Source: a virus. Taken from it: a stretch of DNA of 64,000 bases. The notes below the pieces were generated by a model that saw only the letters and a program-made list of their open reading frames with translations, was not told the DNA's origin and made no database searches. Location of the stretch: IMG/VR virus record IMGVR_UViG_3300005534_000011, positions 11,887 through 75,886 of that record; one strand, given 5' to 3'. Positions 40,917 to 51,644 of the stretch are shown one piece after another (within the stretch, counting starts at the first letter, position 1; every line of letters starts with the position of its first letter). Made by a program: the position numbers and the translations under genes.

Positions 40917-43900
40917 TTACTTGCTAATTGCCTCGATCAATGCCGCGACTTGTTGTTTTAGAGCCTGAATTTCCTTATCCTGCTCTTTAATTGCTTCGAC
41001 CAATACCGGCACCAATCTCTCATATTTCAGAGTTAGATAATGTTCACCTGATTTGGATTCACCTTTAACATCGGTAACATCAAAGGGTGCCTGTTCAACC
41101 GCTTGTGGGGTTGTTGCTTGGATATCCTGTGCCAACAGACCAATTTCTTCTTTGGTTGGATCATATCCGAATGTAGCAGCCAATGCGTTAGCGTTGTAGC
41201 TATACCCAGTCCAAGATTTAACAGTTTCCAATGCGTTAGCAATTGGTTTCAGATTTTCTTTCAGACGTTTGTCAGAGTAATATGCGGTTACGTTACCGGT
41301 TGCCGCAATATCGGATGCTACATAAAACGCTTTACCACCGTAAACACGAACCCATGTAGTATCCTGCATGAAGATACCACCGCCGTAATCGTTGTTGTAC
41401 CATCCTGTAGCCCCTGTAGACCTCCACCAGCTACTATTGATGGTTGTACCACTAAAGGTATGAGTACCGGTATAAGACCCTGTACCACTAGCTGTGAACG
41501 CCCCTGCAACAGATACGCTGGAGTTGAATGTCCAAGCTGAACCTGATGCAATCGCACCAGTCGCCAATGTCATGATCAATGGGCGGTTGGTGTTATATGA
41601 ACCATACTGATCAGCAGATGCTGTTTGCATCAGATATAGGTTTGTACCATCATTTCGCCAGAATGTTCCGTAGTTGCCTTGAACCATTCTATAGCTGTTG
41701 ATTGCACTTGATTGCACTTCACCCGCAAACAGGTTGTTTCTATCCAATTTCGCGGTGTTACTATCAATACCAGCCGTCGATGTAACAGTTAACCCAGTTT
41801 CACTGGTGATGATCGATGCATCCCATGTGCCGGTATCCCACCCGGTGGCTGTGGCCCCAGTCCATGCAAGATTTACATCTTTAACGAATACCGTAGGGTA
41901 CGACCATACCGAAGTAGCAGTACCAATCAGAATACAGTTGTTAGTACCATCATGAGCAAATCTAACAGATTGACCAATCGCATTTGCATTACCGTTGTTG
42001 GTTGATGCGGATGTGTATAACCATGTTGCAGGTGCTACCGAATAGTTATACCCGGCTACAATCAACTCACTATTACTTCTACCAACCGCACCCTCATTAA
42101 TACCAACCGCCATTTTCAGCATGGTGTTGTTATAACCAACCGGTAACACAATTTTCAGAGTACCTGTAATTGTTGCACTACCACCACCAACAAACTTGGA
42201 TAATACCATGTCGTAAGTTTTGGTATTGGCTACCTGATGTGAAATCGGACCTGTAAGAAGTCCGCCAGTTGTTGGAAGCTTAGTCGAATCTGTTACCGTG
42301 ATGTTAGCAGTCCCATCAAATGGAACACCATTGATGGTCCGTGGGATGTTAAGTTTACTTGCAGCAGTTGATAGTCCGTTGATATTGATACTGTAAGTCG
42401 ATCCCGGAATAATAGCAGAAATGCTAATCCAGCTCGACCAAACACCTACACCCGGATCATATTGTCTAAATTGAACCGATGGGTTACCACTGTACAAATA
42501 CGCAAATTGGAATCTAGCCGATGTATTCGAAATAGACTGCGACCAGACGGTACTGATATACCAATATGATGCACCACCATCCGGGGTATTCACATGGTTG
42601 GTTACGATCAGGTTTAATGCAGTTACGTTCGGGTCATCACCAACTAATGCAACAGCGGTATTCTGTGACATCTGAGCGGCGATTACACCACCTACTTTGT
42701 ATGTATCTAATGCTTTATCAACGGTAGTGCCATAAATCTGCAAGAACTTTGCATCAGCTTCGGCTTTACTGTAAACACTCAACGAACCACGAGCGGCAAC
42801 AGGGTCTGCAATATCTGCCAAGTTCTGAGTCTTTTTCAGATACGCGGAACCATGGTTAAGCGTTTCCCAAACATATTTCGCACCGATGTATCCACGATAA
42901 ATGAAAGTTACCACCATACCGTTATCTGTGGTCGCATATGTAGCAGATGTTAGACCATCCAACAACATATTTGAGGTGTTTGGAACTGTGATTGTTACCG
43001 GGAATGATGCTGTACTAATAGCCGCTGTTACAATATCACCAATCTTAACTTGATCTACTGGCGGTAGCAGAATATTAGATGAAACCACACCGGATAGGGT
43101 TACCAAGGTGTTTGGAACCATTGAGCCCGAAGTCATTACAGGTACGGATTTGGTATCATTGAGATTGATAACCGCCCATTCCCCACCTTTGTACATGAAT
43201 AGGGTTCTACCACGCTGCTTTATTCGGAAGGTGGTGGTGTTTTGTAACGCACCGTTAACCCGGAAATAAGCACTACCTGTTGCAGTTACTACCAACGACC
43301 CTGATGTAACAGTATCTTGATATCTGGTATTAACCTCAACCCAATCACCATCATACATAGTGGCGTTGTTAGGCAGGTTCAAGACTTTGTTGGTTGTATC
43401 CAATGTAACAAATACAGATTGGTTTGTTAATGGAGCCAACGTCTCTGTCATACGACCTGATTGGGCATTTGAATATGCCATCCATGAACCGGATACCGAA
43501 TCATAGATCAGGGTAACCATTGCAGCAGTTCTGGTCATAACAATGGATGGGCTACCATTGATGTTTTTACCGTTACCGTTGATGGTGATGTTAAAGTTAG
43601 AACATTGACCCAATCCATCAGCAACTACTACCCATTGACCCTGAACCGGGTTAATAGGAAGAATAACAGTTACAGGGGATGTTGAAAGTTGAACGTTGTT
43701 CCAAGTGTTCGGGGCCACAACTGTGTTGACCGAAACCAATTGATATTGAGGTTTGGTTACACGAATAACTCTCCAAGTACCACCCAAGAATACCAATTGA
43801 GTTGTATCAGATGAGTTGATCTGATAGTTAGAAACCCCTGTGTTGTTGAATGTGTTAGTACCGGCACTCAAGATGATAGGGTTGGTTGAAGCTGTCCCTT

Positions 43901-44306
43901 CATCAATGATGTAAACCATATCCCCTTCTTTGGCATAAATTGGAAGGGTAACTGTCACGGATGTTGCTGCGGTGTTTAGCAATAGGCAATCGCCGGGCTC
44001 TGCTGTATACGCACCGGTAATTCTCTGCCATAGATTGAATGCGTGAATTTCCTGCCACGCTGTTAGATCAAATGGGCCTAATACTGTAGCAATCTTGGAC
44101 TTGTATAAACGGTTTGATCGTTCAACGACAAATCCAATCGGATATGTTCTGGTTGGATCATAGGTTTGTACTGTGTTCTTTGCGATCAAATATTCAATAT
44201 TGACTGCATCCATCGGATTGATTGGGTCACCTACGTTGATGACCTGTGCGCCGTTTGCATCAACGCCCAATCTTGCTTTAAATGGTTTTGCTTGTGGTCC
44301 GCTCAT
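40917..44306 (-). CDS. long tail fibre: gp34-like N-terminus with C-terminal S74 intramolecular chaperone
   Basis: N-terminal FKARLGVDANG..VINV...NTVQTYDPTRTY resembles T4 gp34; C-terminal SDKRLKEN...IGLLAQD...YERLVPVLVEAIKEQ; GAGGT RBS before ATG 44306. Confidence 0.85.
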   Translation of the reverse strand: MSGPQAKPFKARLGVDANGAQVINVGDPINPMDAVNIEYLIAKNTVQTYDPTRTYPIGFVVERSNRLYKSKIATVLGPFDLTAWQEIHAFNLWQRITGAYTAEPGDCLLLNTAATSVTVTLPIYAKEGDMVYIIDEGTASTNPIILSAGTNTFNNTGVSNYQINSSDTTQLVFLGGTWRVIRVTKPQYQLVSVNTVVAPNTWNNVQLSTSPVTVILPINPVQGQWVVVADGLGQCSNFNITINGNGKNINGSPSIVMTRTAAMVTLIYDSVSGSWMAYSNAQSGRMTETLAPLTNQSVFVTLDTTNKVLNLPNNATMYDGDWVEVNTRYQDTVTSGSLVVTATGSAYFRVNGALQNTTTFRIKQRGRTLFMYKGGEWAVINLNDTKSVPVMTSGSMVPNTLVTLSGVVSSNILLPPVDQVKIGDIVTAAISTASFPVTITVPNTSNMLLDGLTSATYATTDNGMVVTFIYRGYIGAKYVWETLNHGSAYLKKTQNLADIADPVAARGSLSVYSKAEADAKFLQIYGTTVDKALDTYKVGGVIAAQMSQNTAVALVGDDPNVTALNLIVTNHVNTPDGGASYWYISTVWSQSISNTSARFQFAYLYSGNPSVQFRQYDPGVGVWSSWISISAIIPGSTYSININGLSTAASKLNIPRTINGVPFDGTANITVTDSTKLPTTGGLLTGPISHQVANTKTYDMVLSKFVGGGSATITGTLKIVLPVGYNNTMLKMAVGINEGAVGRSNSELIVAGYNYSVAPATWLYTSASTNNGNANAIGQSVRFAHDGTNNCILIGTATSVWSYPTVFVKDVNLAWTGATATGWDTGTWDASIITSETGLTVTSTAGIDSNTAKLDRNNLFAGEVQSSAINSYRMVQGNYGTFWRNDGTNLYLMQTASADQYGSYNTNRPLIMTLATGAIASGSAWTFNSSVSVAGAFTASGTGSYTGTHTFSGTTINSSWWRSTGATGWYNNDYGGGIFMQDTTWVRVYGGKAFYVASDIAATGNVTAYYSDKRLKENLKPIANALETVKSWTGYSYNANALAATFGYDPTKEEIGLLAQDIQATTPQAVEQAPFDVTDVKGESKSGEHYLTLKYERLVPVLVEAIKEQDKEIQALKQQVAALIEAISK

Positions 44307-44371
44307 TATTACCTCGGTGTCACTTTCGACCGGTTTGTTTAGAAGCAGACGATAATCTGCTATGATATGTA

Positions 44372-44379
44372 TATTTATA
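44372..44379 (-). promoter_or_regulatory. T4-type late promoter TATAAATA
   Basis: Exact consensus upstream of the tail fibre gene. Confidence 0.8.
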
Positions 44380-45016
44380 GGGGAGAATTTGATGGAAAAG
44401 GATTCGAAACAAAATTTCATCGATTCTGTTTAGAATCCACTGATCATGTGGTAAAGTGGCACCAAATGAACGAACCCAAACCAGTATTTAGTAAGGTGTC
44501 TATGACCTATAAATTTTCAGAGAGCCAGCACGTCACCTTCAACTACTCCGGGATGACAGGGGTTGGCTACATCCGTGGGGTTTCGACCACTGAGTTGCCT
44601 ATCGTCGGGTGTACCTACATCATCGAGGTGTCTCGCTCGAATATGGACCTACCGACCGATGAGTATCCATTCAGCACATTGTGCATACCAGAGATTGGCA
44701 TCAAGGAATTAGAATGAAAAAATCAAAATCATCCAAGCCTGTCACACCAGCGGTAGACACGGTTTGGTATCAAATCGGCGATGAGGAAGGGGTCGGGGTC
44801 TTCAAAGGCATTCAGGATCAAACCGTAGGGTTTTGCATGGTTGACATCACTGCGCACATTCATCGGAAAACTGATGCATTCGCAAAATTTGATGTAACCA
44901 ATTTGATTCAACCAATTCCAATTGCGAATGTTCGACACGTATCCAATGCATATGTGTATGGGTGGATTCAGATGCAGAAAAATTTGATACAATATCGAAA
45001 AAGGTAAAAATACAGA

Positions 45017-45922
45017 GTGAGTTTAGCGGAATTTCTTGGTGAAGAAGAACGAAAATCGGGTTTGATGATCGTTGACTTCTCCCAAATCATCATCAGTACA
45101 ATCAACGCGACATTCCGACCAACCGAAGAATTATCGGTAGACCTGATTCGTCATGTTGCATTGAACTCGATTCGTTTCAATGTCCTTTCCAACAAAGCTA
45201 TCTACCCGGATATCGTTCTGGCGTGTGACCGTGGGCCATATTGGCGGAAAGAGATTGCACCATATTACAAAGCCCACCGAAAAGACCAACGGGATGAATC
45301 CGGTTGGGATTGGAAAGTCATATTTGAAGCAATGAATCAGGTGCGTGAAGAACTGCATTTGATCTTTCCTTATAGGACTATCCAGATTCAAGGAATTGAA
45401 GCGGATGACATTGCCGGGGTTCTGACCCATCAGCTATGGCACAAATATGATAGAATCCTTCTGGTTTCGTCTGATAGTGACTGGGCTCAGTTGTCCAAAT
45501 TCAAGAACGTCAAGCAATGGTCACCGATTCAGAAAAAGTGGGTCGAACCTAAGCATGGGTCTGCGCATTTGCATTTGATGGAAAAGGTTATCAAGGGTGA
45601 TTCTAAGGATTGTATTGCCAGCATCAAATCTGTTTCAGACCATTTGATGAATTTCCGGGATACCAGACAGAAATCCATCATGCAAAAAGAGCTTGATATC
45701 TGGTTACATAATCCGGTCGAGGACTGGGCCACCGATGAGTTCACAATCAATCGATACTATGAGAATTTGAAATTGTTGGATTTGGGTCTAATCCCCCAAG
45801 AGATTCAGGACAAAATAATGGCTGCATTTAACGAACCACGTCCAAACGGGGCTAAAATTTTTGATTATTTTGTTAAGCATCGACTAAAGGAAATGATCGG
45901 TCGAATAGGTGAATTCGTGTGA
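45017..45922 (+). CDS. rnh: RNase H / 5'-3' flap exonuclease
   Basis: IVDFSQII, YWRK..PYYKAHR, EADDIAG, SSDSDWAQL, KGDSKD. Confidence 0.92.
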   Translation: MSLAEFLGEEERKSGLMIVDFSQIIISTINATFRPTEELSVDLIRHVALNSIRFNVLSNKAIYPDIVLACDRGPYWRKEIAPYYKAHRKDQRDESGWDWKVIFEAMNQVREELHLIFPYRTIQIQGIEADDIAGVLTHQLWHKYDRILLVSSDSDWAQLSKFKNVKQWSPIQKKWVEPKHGSAHLHLMEKVIKGDSKDCIASIKSVSDHLMNFRDTRQKSIMQKELDIWLHNPVEDWATDEFTINRYYENLKLLDLGLIPQEIQDKIMAAFNEPRPNGAKIFDYFVKHRLKEMIGRIGEFV

Positions 45923-46497
45923 CCAAATTGGTTTATGGAATTGGTATATCAGATCCGGGTCAATATTTTAGTAGGGTTGATGGTAAACACACGGATGAAT
46001 ACCAATTATGGGTCCGGGTGCTTCAGCGTTGCCAATCTGGTGGGTTGTTTCAGACCAAACAGCCAGCTTATATAGGCTGTTCGGTTCACCCTGATTTTAT
46101 CAGATTCCAATGGTTCGCGGAATGGTGTAACAACCAGATTGGATTTGGATTGAAAGGGTGGGCCTTGGATAAAGACATTTTGATCCAAAGCAACAGGGTG
46201 TATGGTCCTGATACGTGTTGTTTTGTACCGAAGCAATTAAATCAGTTGTTGGCCCACAAACGATCGAATCAAGGATTGCACCCAACCGGTGTTAGCTATT
46301 TCAGAAATCGTGGAAATTATATAGCTCAGATAGGTATTGACGGTAAAAATAAAACTCTTGGATATTTCGAAACCCCAGAGTTGGCCGAAGCTGCTTATAA
46401 AATAGCTAAAACAAATGACATTCGTAGACAAGCTGAACTCTGGAAAACGCAGATTGATCCTAGAGTTTATGTTGCCCTTCTAAAATATGAGGTGTGA
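45919..46497 (+). CDS. HNH homing endonuclease with AP2-like domain
   Basis: YIGCSVHPDF, WALDKDIL, YGPDTCCFVP, LGYFETPELA. Confidence 0.8.
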   Translation: MTKLVYGIGISDPGQYFSRVDGKHTDEYQLWVRVLQRCQSGGLFQTKQPAYIGCSVHPDFIRFQWFAEWCNNQIGFGLKGWALDKDILIQSNRVYGPDTCCFVPKQLNQLLAHKRSNQGLHPTGVSYFRNRGNYIAQIGIDGKNKTLGYFETPELAEAAYKIAKTNDIRRQAELWKTQIDPRVYVALLKYEV

Positions 46498-46500
46498 GGT

Positions 46501-47028
46501 ATGAGAACAACGCAAGAATGGTGGGATGCGGTATCTAACGATCCTGATAAAATGATTGAATGGCTCAAAGCTCAATATCATGGGGAAGTCACCGCATCTA
46601 ACAGGATTCGCGAGCTGTTGACCCAATACCCGGAAATGACAAAGTTCGAACGTGATTTGATCGAAATGATTGCGCAAGATGAAACCAATCATGCTGAATG
46701 GGTCAAAACTTTGTTGACCACTCGGGGTATTCCGGCAGAAGTCCTGACCAAAGAAGAACGGTATTGGGATCAGACCCTTCCAAAAGGTAATGCTACATTT
46801 TCTCAAATGTGTGCAATCGGTTATCATGCCGAAACCATGCGGCTTGAAAGGATCAAATTGCTGGCAAAATCTCGAAAATTTGATGATATTGCAGAAGTTT
46901 TTCTGCGCATTCTACCAGAGGAACGCTTTCATACCAAAGCTTTCATGGTGATGTCAACCCCAGAAGACATCGCGGCTGCGTTACCCGCACACAATGAAGG
47001 CTTAAATGCTTTGGGCTTGGTAGCCTAA
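46501..47028 (+). CDS. ferritin-like di-iron domain protein
   Basis: E-x2-H motifs (DETNH, EERFH), GEVTA. Confidence 0.7.
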   Translation: MRTTQEWWDAVSNDPDKMIEWLKAQYHGEVTASNRIRELLTQYPEMTKFERDLIEMIAQDETNHAEWVKTLLTTRGIPAEVLTKEERYWDQTLPKGNATFSQMCAIGYHAETMRLERIKLLAKSRKFDDIAEVFLRILPEERFHTKAFMVMSTPEDIAAALPAHNEGLNALGLVA

Positions 47029-47116
47029 AATTTTTGAATTCTGGTTTGATTCTGTTTAGATCAAACCAGAATCATGATAGAATTTACACATCAACACATA
47101 GTGAGTAATTAATTTA

Positions 47117-49261
47117 ATGATTGTAACTCAAGGCACGAATGCAATAAGCAACATTGACGACCGTCACGCATTCACCATCAAAGCTAACGCAAAAGCATTC
47201 AAACTGTTGTCCAGCAACCTGTATTCTAACAAACCACTTGCAATCCTACGTGAAATCGGCTGTAACGCACTCGATTCGCATAAGGCTGCGGGTAAAGAAG
47301 ATGCACCGTTCAAACTGGTACTACCATCCGATATGCATCCATGGTTGGAGATTATCGACTTTGGTACTGGTCTGGATGACGATCAGGTCAAGAACATTTT
47401 CACAACCTATTTCGAATCTACCAAAACCACCAGTAACGATTACATTGGTGCTATGGGTCTTGGATCGAAATCACCGTTCTCGTATACCGATGCATTCGAA
47501 GTGTATGCCCGCCAGAACGGCGTACAGAACACTTACACCTGTTTCCTGAACAAGTCTGGGGCACCTGAGCTATTCCTGCTAGAAACGAATTATGATGACT
47601 CTCAGAAGGGTATCAAGTTCGAAGACGGCGTGACCATCAAGGTTCCTATCAAAGCGAATGATTATCAACTGTTCCGTACCGCTGCACTACAAGCATATAA
47701 GTTCTTCCCTGTTAAACCGGTAGTTGGTGTGACCGGTAAAAACTTCGAATGGGATGAGCCGGTTTATGGGTTTGAAGGTAGCAATTTCAAGGTACTAACC
47801 GGGTCGAAACAATGTTTTGCTCTGATGGGTCCGGTTGCATATCCTCTGGATTTGAACCAATTCACTACAGACGGTTTCATGAAACGCCATATCGATGCCG
47901 GTCTTGGTGGGTTTGTGATCGACTTTGGCATTGGTAAATTGGATGTAAACGCCGGTCGTGAAGGTCTGTCGTATGACGAAGACACTATCGCCAATTTGAT
48001 TGAAGGCGTGAAAAACATTCGACCAGAAATGGCCGCAAAGTTGGAAGCTGATATCGAGAAGTGTGAAACCGTTTATACTGCAATGCGATTCCGTTCGAAA
48101 AACGATTCGAAAAACCTGTTCCACCTGCAATACAAAGGTAAATCGGTTGGTGAAACCCTTCACTATCGTTTTGTAGATGATAAAACGTCGCTACCTGAAT
48201 GGCAGTGTAAGGAAATCAATTCTCGATACAAAGAGAAATTGAAAGATCGCCGGGCTCATGACATCGCAATTTCACCTGCGGTTGGTGGTAATTTCGTTTT
48301 AATTGACGTGAAACGTAAGTATCAGAAGAAAATTCGATTCACCAGTGAAGATATGTCGAAAACTATCTTCCTGCAAGCATTGGATGCGGCTGAAGGTCAG
48401 GATCAATTTGATGCAGTGATTGCACGGTTGAACGTGGATGGTACTCCATACAAGTTCATTTCCGATATCGTTGATGAATCTCCGGTTATTAGTCGTGTAC
48501 CGGGTGATCCTGCAACTACAGCGGCTCGGGCAAAGATTACTTACTCTGGTTTCTATAAATACCAGAAGGCGCGAGGGATTATTGCGGTTGGTCAACATAC
48601 CAACACAAATGGTCTGGAAATGGATGATCCCGATACCTTTTACATCAAATGGGATACCACTGCAAAACGCTACATCTTCGGTAACCATCAGGTAGCCGGT
48701 GATGAGATTTCGGGTGTGATTTGGGGCATTATTGACGACATTCTTACCACCACCAATCGACCATTGGTAATTGCAACTCAAAAGGTCTATGACAAGATCC
48801 CAGAAGATTGGGAAGACATTACCACATTGATTGCTCCAAAACTGGCCGGTGTGATGTCGCAACAGTCCTTCGTAGAAACTCAACCAAAATGGGCTTCTAC
48901 CGCGTTGGGCCTTGTACAAGCTAAATATGATGCATTGGTAGCCGACCCACTGGTTGACCCATTGTTCAAAGAATATTTCGATGCAATTAGAAGTATCAAA
49001 TTCGGTACATCGTATGACTATACCACCCTACAATTTATCAGAAATGTGTATGGTGAGAAGGAAGTCGCGAACCCGTTTGGTTTTGTCTCGAAATTTGCAA
49101 CAGAAATTTTCAGTATGAGTATGCTGAAAACTCTGGCGAGCCGCCACTATAGCAGTTGGCCTGACACAGAATTCAAAGAGTCTTTGATTGTGTTTAGTTC
49201 GATGTTGAAATGTGGTATTATTAACGAACAAAAGCTGAAAAGCATTCTGATGAAGAAATAA
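47117..49261 (+). CDS. rIIA: rIIA protein (GHKL/HATPase N-domain)
   Basis: LYSNKPLAILREIGCNALDSH, DFGTGL, STK..SNDYIGAMGLGSKSPFSYT. Confidence 0.9.
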   Translation: MIVTQGTNAISNIDDRHAFTIKANAKAFKLLSSNLYSNKPLAILREIGCNALDSHKAAGKEDAPFKLVLPSDMHPWLEIIDFGTGLDDDQVKNIFTTYFESTKTTSNDYIGAMGLGSKSPFSYTDAFEVYARQNGVQNTYTCFLNKSGAPELFLLETNYDDSQKGIKFEDGVTIKVPIKANDYQLFRTAALQAYKFFPVKPVVGVTGKNFEWDEPVYGFEGSNFKVLTGSKQCFALMGPVAYPLDLNQFTTDGFMKRHIDAGLGGFVIDFGIGKLDVNAGREGLSYDEDTIANLIEGVKNIRPEMAAKLEADIEKCETVYTAMRFRSKNDSKNLFHLQYKGKSVGETLHYRFVDDKTSLPEWQCKEINSRYKEKLKDRRAHDIAISPAVGGNFVLIDVKRKYQKKIRFTSEDMSKTIFLQALDAAEGQDQFDAVIARLNVDGTPYKFISDIVDESPVISRVPGDPATTAARAKITYSGFYKYQKARGIIAVGQHTNTNGLEMDDPDTFYIKWDTTAKRYIFGNHQVAGDEISGVIWGIIDDILTTTNRPLVIATQKVYDKIPEDWEDITTLIAPKLAGVMSQQSFVETQPKWASTALGLVQAKYDALVADPLVDPLFKEYFDAIRSIKFGTSYDYTTLQFIRNVYGEKEVANPFGFVSKFATEIFSMSMLKTLASRHYSSWPDTEFKESLIVFSSMLKCGIINEQKLKSILMKK

Positions 49262-50133
49262 TGACGAAACTAGAACTACGGTTTATTATCAACGAACAAA
49301 CGATTTATGTTTGGTTGAATACCGAGAAGGGCCAGAAAATGTCTGGCACCTTCCTCCGCGCAGAAGATCCACAAGCGTTTGAAACACTTGCAAAAGCACT
49401 AAAAGAAGACAACAAAAAGAAAATCAAAGAACTTGTTTCGATGAAATTCGATCTGATCCAAGCTATCAATAGCTTTGGTGATGGTAAAGTTGGTTTCACT
49501 GATGGCGATCTGTTCTACGTTACCGAAGATGGTGAAAAGAACCCAATCGATACCAAGCTGACCGCGAAAATCAAGGAATTGATTCGTACCGGGGCTGATG
49601 CTGGTGTATTGGTTAAGTTCCTAGACAATCTGTTGGATAACCCAAATCCACGGTCTATCAAGGATTTCTATGATTTCCTGATCGTGAACAACTTGGCAAT
49701 GACCGAAGACGGCCATTTCTTAGCGTATAAGATCGTTGGGCCGAACTTCCTTGATCTGTATACCCGTACCATGGATAACTCCCCCGGTACGGTCGTTAGA
49801 ATGGATCGTAGCAAGGTAAACGACAACCCATCACAGACCTGCTCGCATGGCCTGCATATCTGTTCTAAAGACTACCTACCTAGTTATGGTGGTGGTTGGA
49901 AGTATGGTGGTAATAACAATGGCAACAAGATTGTCGTTGTGAAGGTCAACCCGCGTGATGTTGTTGCGTTCCCGAAAGATTATGCGAACGCCAAAGCCAG
50001 AGTATGTGAATATTCGGTAGTCGGTGAATTTGTGGTGAAAGAAACTCTCAAAGAGCAAATCGCCAAGATTGAAGCCGGTGTGACGGTTAATATTGATGTA
50101 GTCAAGAAATTGATTGCGGAAACAATGGCCTAA
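49261..50133 (+). CDS. rIIB: rIIB protein
   Basis: FLDNLLDNP, TEDGHFLAYK, DNSPG, TCSHGLH, VKVNPRDVV, KARVCEY. Confidence 0.9.
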   Translation: MTKLELRFIINEQTIYVWLNTEKGQKMSGTFLRAEDPQAFETLAKALKEDNKKKIKELVSMKFDLIQAINSFGDGKVGFTDGDLFYVTEDGEKNPIDTKLTAKIKELIRTGADAGVLVKFLDNLLDNPNPRSIKDFYDFLIVNNLAMTEDGHFLAYKIVGPNFLDLYTRTMDNSPGTVVRMDRSKVNDNPSQTCSHGLHICSKDYLPSYGGGWKYGGNNNGNKIVVVKVNPRDVVAFPKDYANAKARVCEYSVVGEFVVKETLKEQIAKIEAGVTVNIDVVKKLIAETMA

Positions 50134-50197
50134 TTGATTAATAATGGGTTGGGTGTAATAGCCCAACTTCATTGAAGTTTAATTGTGAGAGAAATTT

Positions 50198-50509
50198 ATG
50201 AGCGTTATCGAGACAGGCAACCACGACCACCTTTCCCCTACCGAACTGAAAGCAGTTCAAGATGCTGCCAAAGAAGCGGCTAAATCCCTGATGCGTTCCG
50301 ATGCCGAAAAAGATGTTCGAAACGGTATTAGTGCGATGGTCAAGGAAGAATTCAATATCAAGAAATCCGACTTCAACGATCTGGTAAACCGTTACCATCG
50401 TCAGGACAAAGAAGCCGTGACAGCCAAGCGTGAAAACCAGAACGCATTGTTCGACAAGGTTTTCCCGGACGGCCCTACCCCGCTGAATGATGACGAAGCC
50501 GATGAGTAA
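50198..50509 (+). CDS. dsbA: dsDNA-binding protein DsbA (T4-like)
   Basis: Size, helical KEEFNIKKSDFNDLVNRYHRQ segment, position upstream of gene 33. Confidence 0.7.
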   Translation: MSVIETGNHDHLSPTELKAVQDAAKEAAKSLMRSDAEKDVRNGISAMVKEEFNIKKSDFNDLVNRYHRQDKEAVTAKRENQNALFDKVFPDGPTPLNDDEADE

Positions 50510-50732
50510 AATCATTCAGTTCAGTACAGCAGTTGAAATTCACGCCCGTGATACAGCATGCAGCTATATTCAGGCGTGTTTAGAAATTGCAGACCAACAG
50601 GAAATTGATGAAGATCGAATCTCAAAATACATTTCCGAATCCCTTAAACAAAAGATCGAAATTGAAGCAGTTCGAGAAAACACTTTGCGTGGAAAATCGG
50701 CTGGGTCTAATCCGCTAACCGACTTTATTTGA
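50502..50732 (+). CDS. 33: late transcription co-activator gp33
   Basis: FSTAVE...SYIQAC...ISESLKQKIEIEA...NPLTDFI (clamp-binding-like tail). Confidence 0.8.
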   Translation: MSKIIQFSTAVEIHARDTACSYIQACLEIADQQEIDEDRISKYISESLKQKIEIEAVRENTLRGKSAGSNPLTDFI

Positions 50733-50742
50733 TGGAATACTG

Positions 50743-51366
50743 ATGTCCAGTTTGATTCATTTAGATCCCACTTCGATCCCGACTGGATATCGCAACGGGT
50801 TTGAAGCATATCGTCTGTACAAGGCGATCACTACGCATCTGACCACACAGAAATACGATGCATCAAAATATAGATGGCGCGGGTATATCAGCAAAGATCA
50901 TACCCCCGATTCATACCCAGACAAATTCCTATTCGAGAAGATCGCAAGGCGCTATACCCGTGAGGATTGGCCGTTGTTGTTTGGTCGAATTGGTCTTAAT
51001 ACCGGGTGGATTCGAGACATTTTAAACGATGAGTCGGAATCAAGATTCTTGGAAGCCCGTGGGTTTATCGAGGATGCCGAAAATAAATTCGGCAATCTGT
51101 TTAGATCATACCTCATTTCGTTGCATAATAAGGATATGAAGTTTGCCGATTCACTAACAGGCCAGACCCCTTGGATATTCAATCAATTGCAACAGAAAGT
51201 GTATCCGATTGAGTTTGCGGTGCTGTTAGATGCCATATCACCGTTCCTTCATAGACAAAATTCAATCGTTTATGGTGGGATATCTTGGAAAATTCACAAA
51301 TACAGTATGTTGTTCTGTATTGATAAAAAGATATTGTCGAATGTTGTTAAATCCGCATGTAGTTAA
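50743..51366 (+). CDS. 59: helicase loader gp59
   Basis: AYRLYKAITTHLT..YD..KY, FLFEKIARRY; synteny 33-59-32. Confidence 0.8.
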   Translation: MSSLIHLDPTSIPTGYRNGFEAYRLYKAITTHLTTQKYDASKYRWRGYISKDHTPDSYPDKFLFEKIARRYTREDWPLLFGRIGLNTGWIRDILNDESESRFLEARGFIEDAENKFGNLFRSYLISLHNKDMKFADSLTGQTPWIFNQLQQKVYPIEFAVLLDAISPFLHRQNSIVYGGISWKIHKYSMLFCIDKKILSNVVKSACS

Positions 51367-51558
51367 CATTTGCTTAGGAACTTGTCAGACCCCATTCAGA
51401 TTTAATCCCACCAAAGTTCATGACATCTACGCCAAAGAAAGCTTCTTGTATATTGAACTACTGGTCGATTCCAGTTTTTTGGTGGCATATGAGTTTGAAT
51501 ATCTTGAACTAGATGATCTTTGGAAAGACTTTCGGACATTATCTGATTTTTTGACTGA

Positions 51559-51644
51559 TATAAATACTATGCCACATGAGTGGCCGAAGCAAAACTAAAC
51601 AAATAATCAAATCTAAACAAATTAAACAAACGAGAATTTAACGA
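51559..51644 (+). promoter_or_regulatory. late promoter plus gene 32 translational autoregulatory leader
   Basis: TATAAATA 51559-51566, GCCAC-ATGA-GTGGC hairpin, then A-rich TAAACAAA repeats. Confidence 0.7.

Noticed and set aside
44307-44420. N-terminal extension of the tail fibre ORF in the ORF track
   Set aside because: It overlaps the late promoter; the RBS and gp34 homology place the start at 44306
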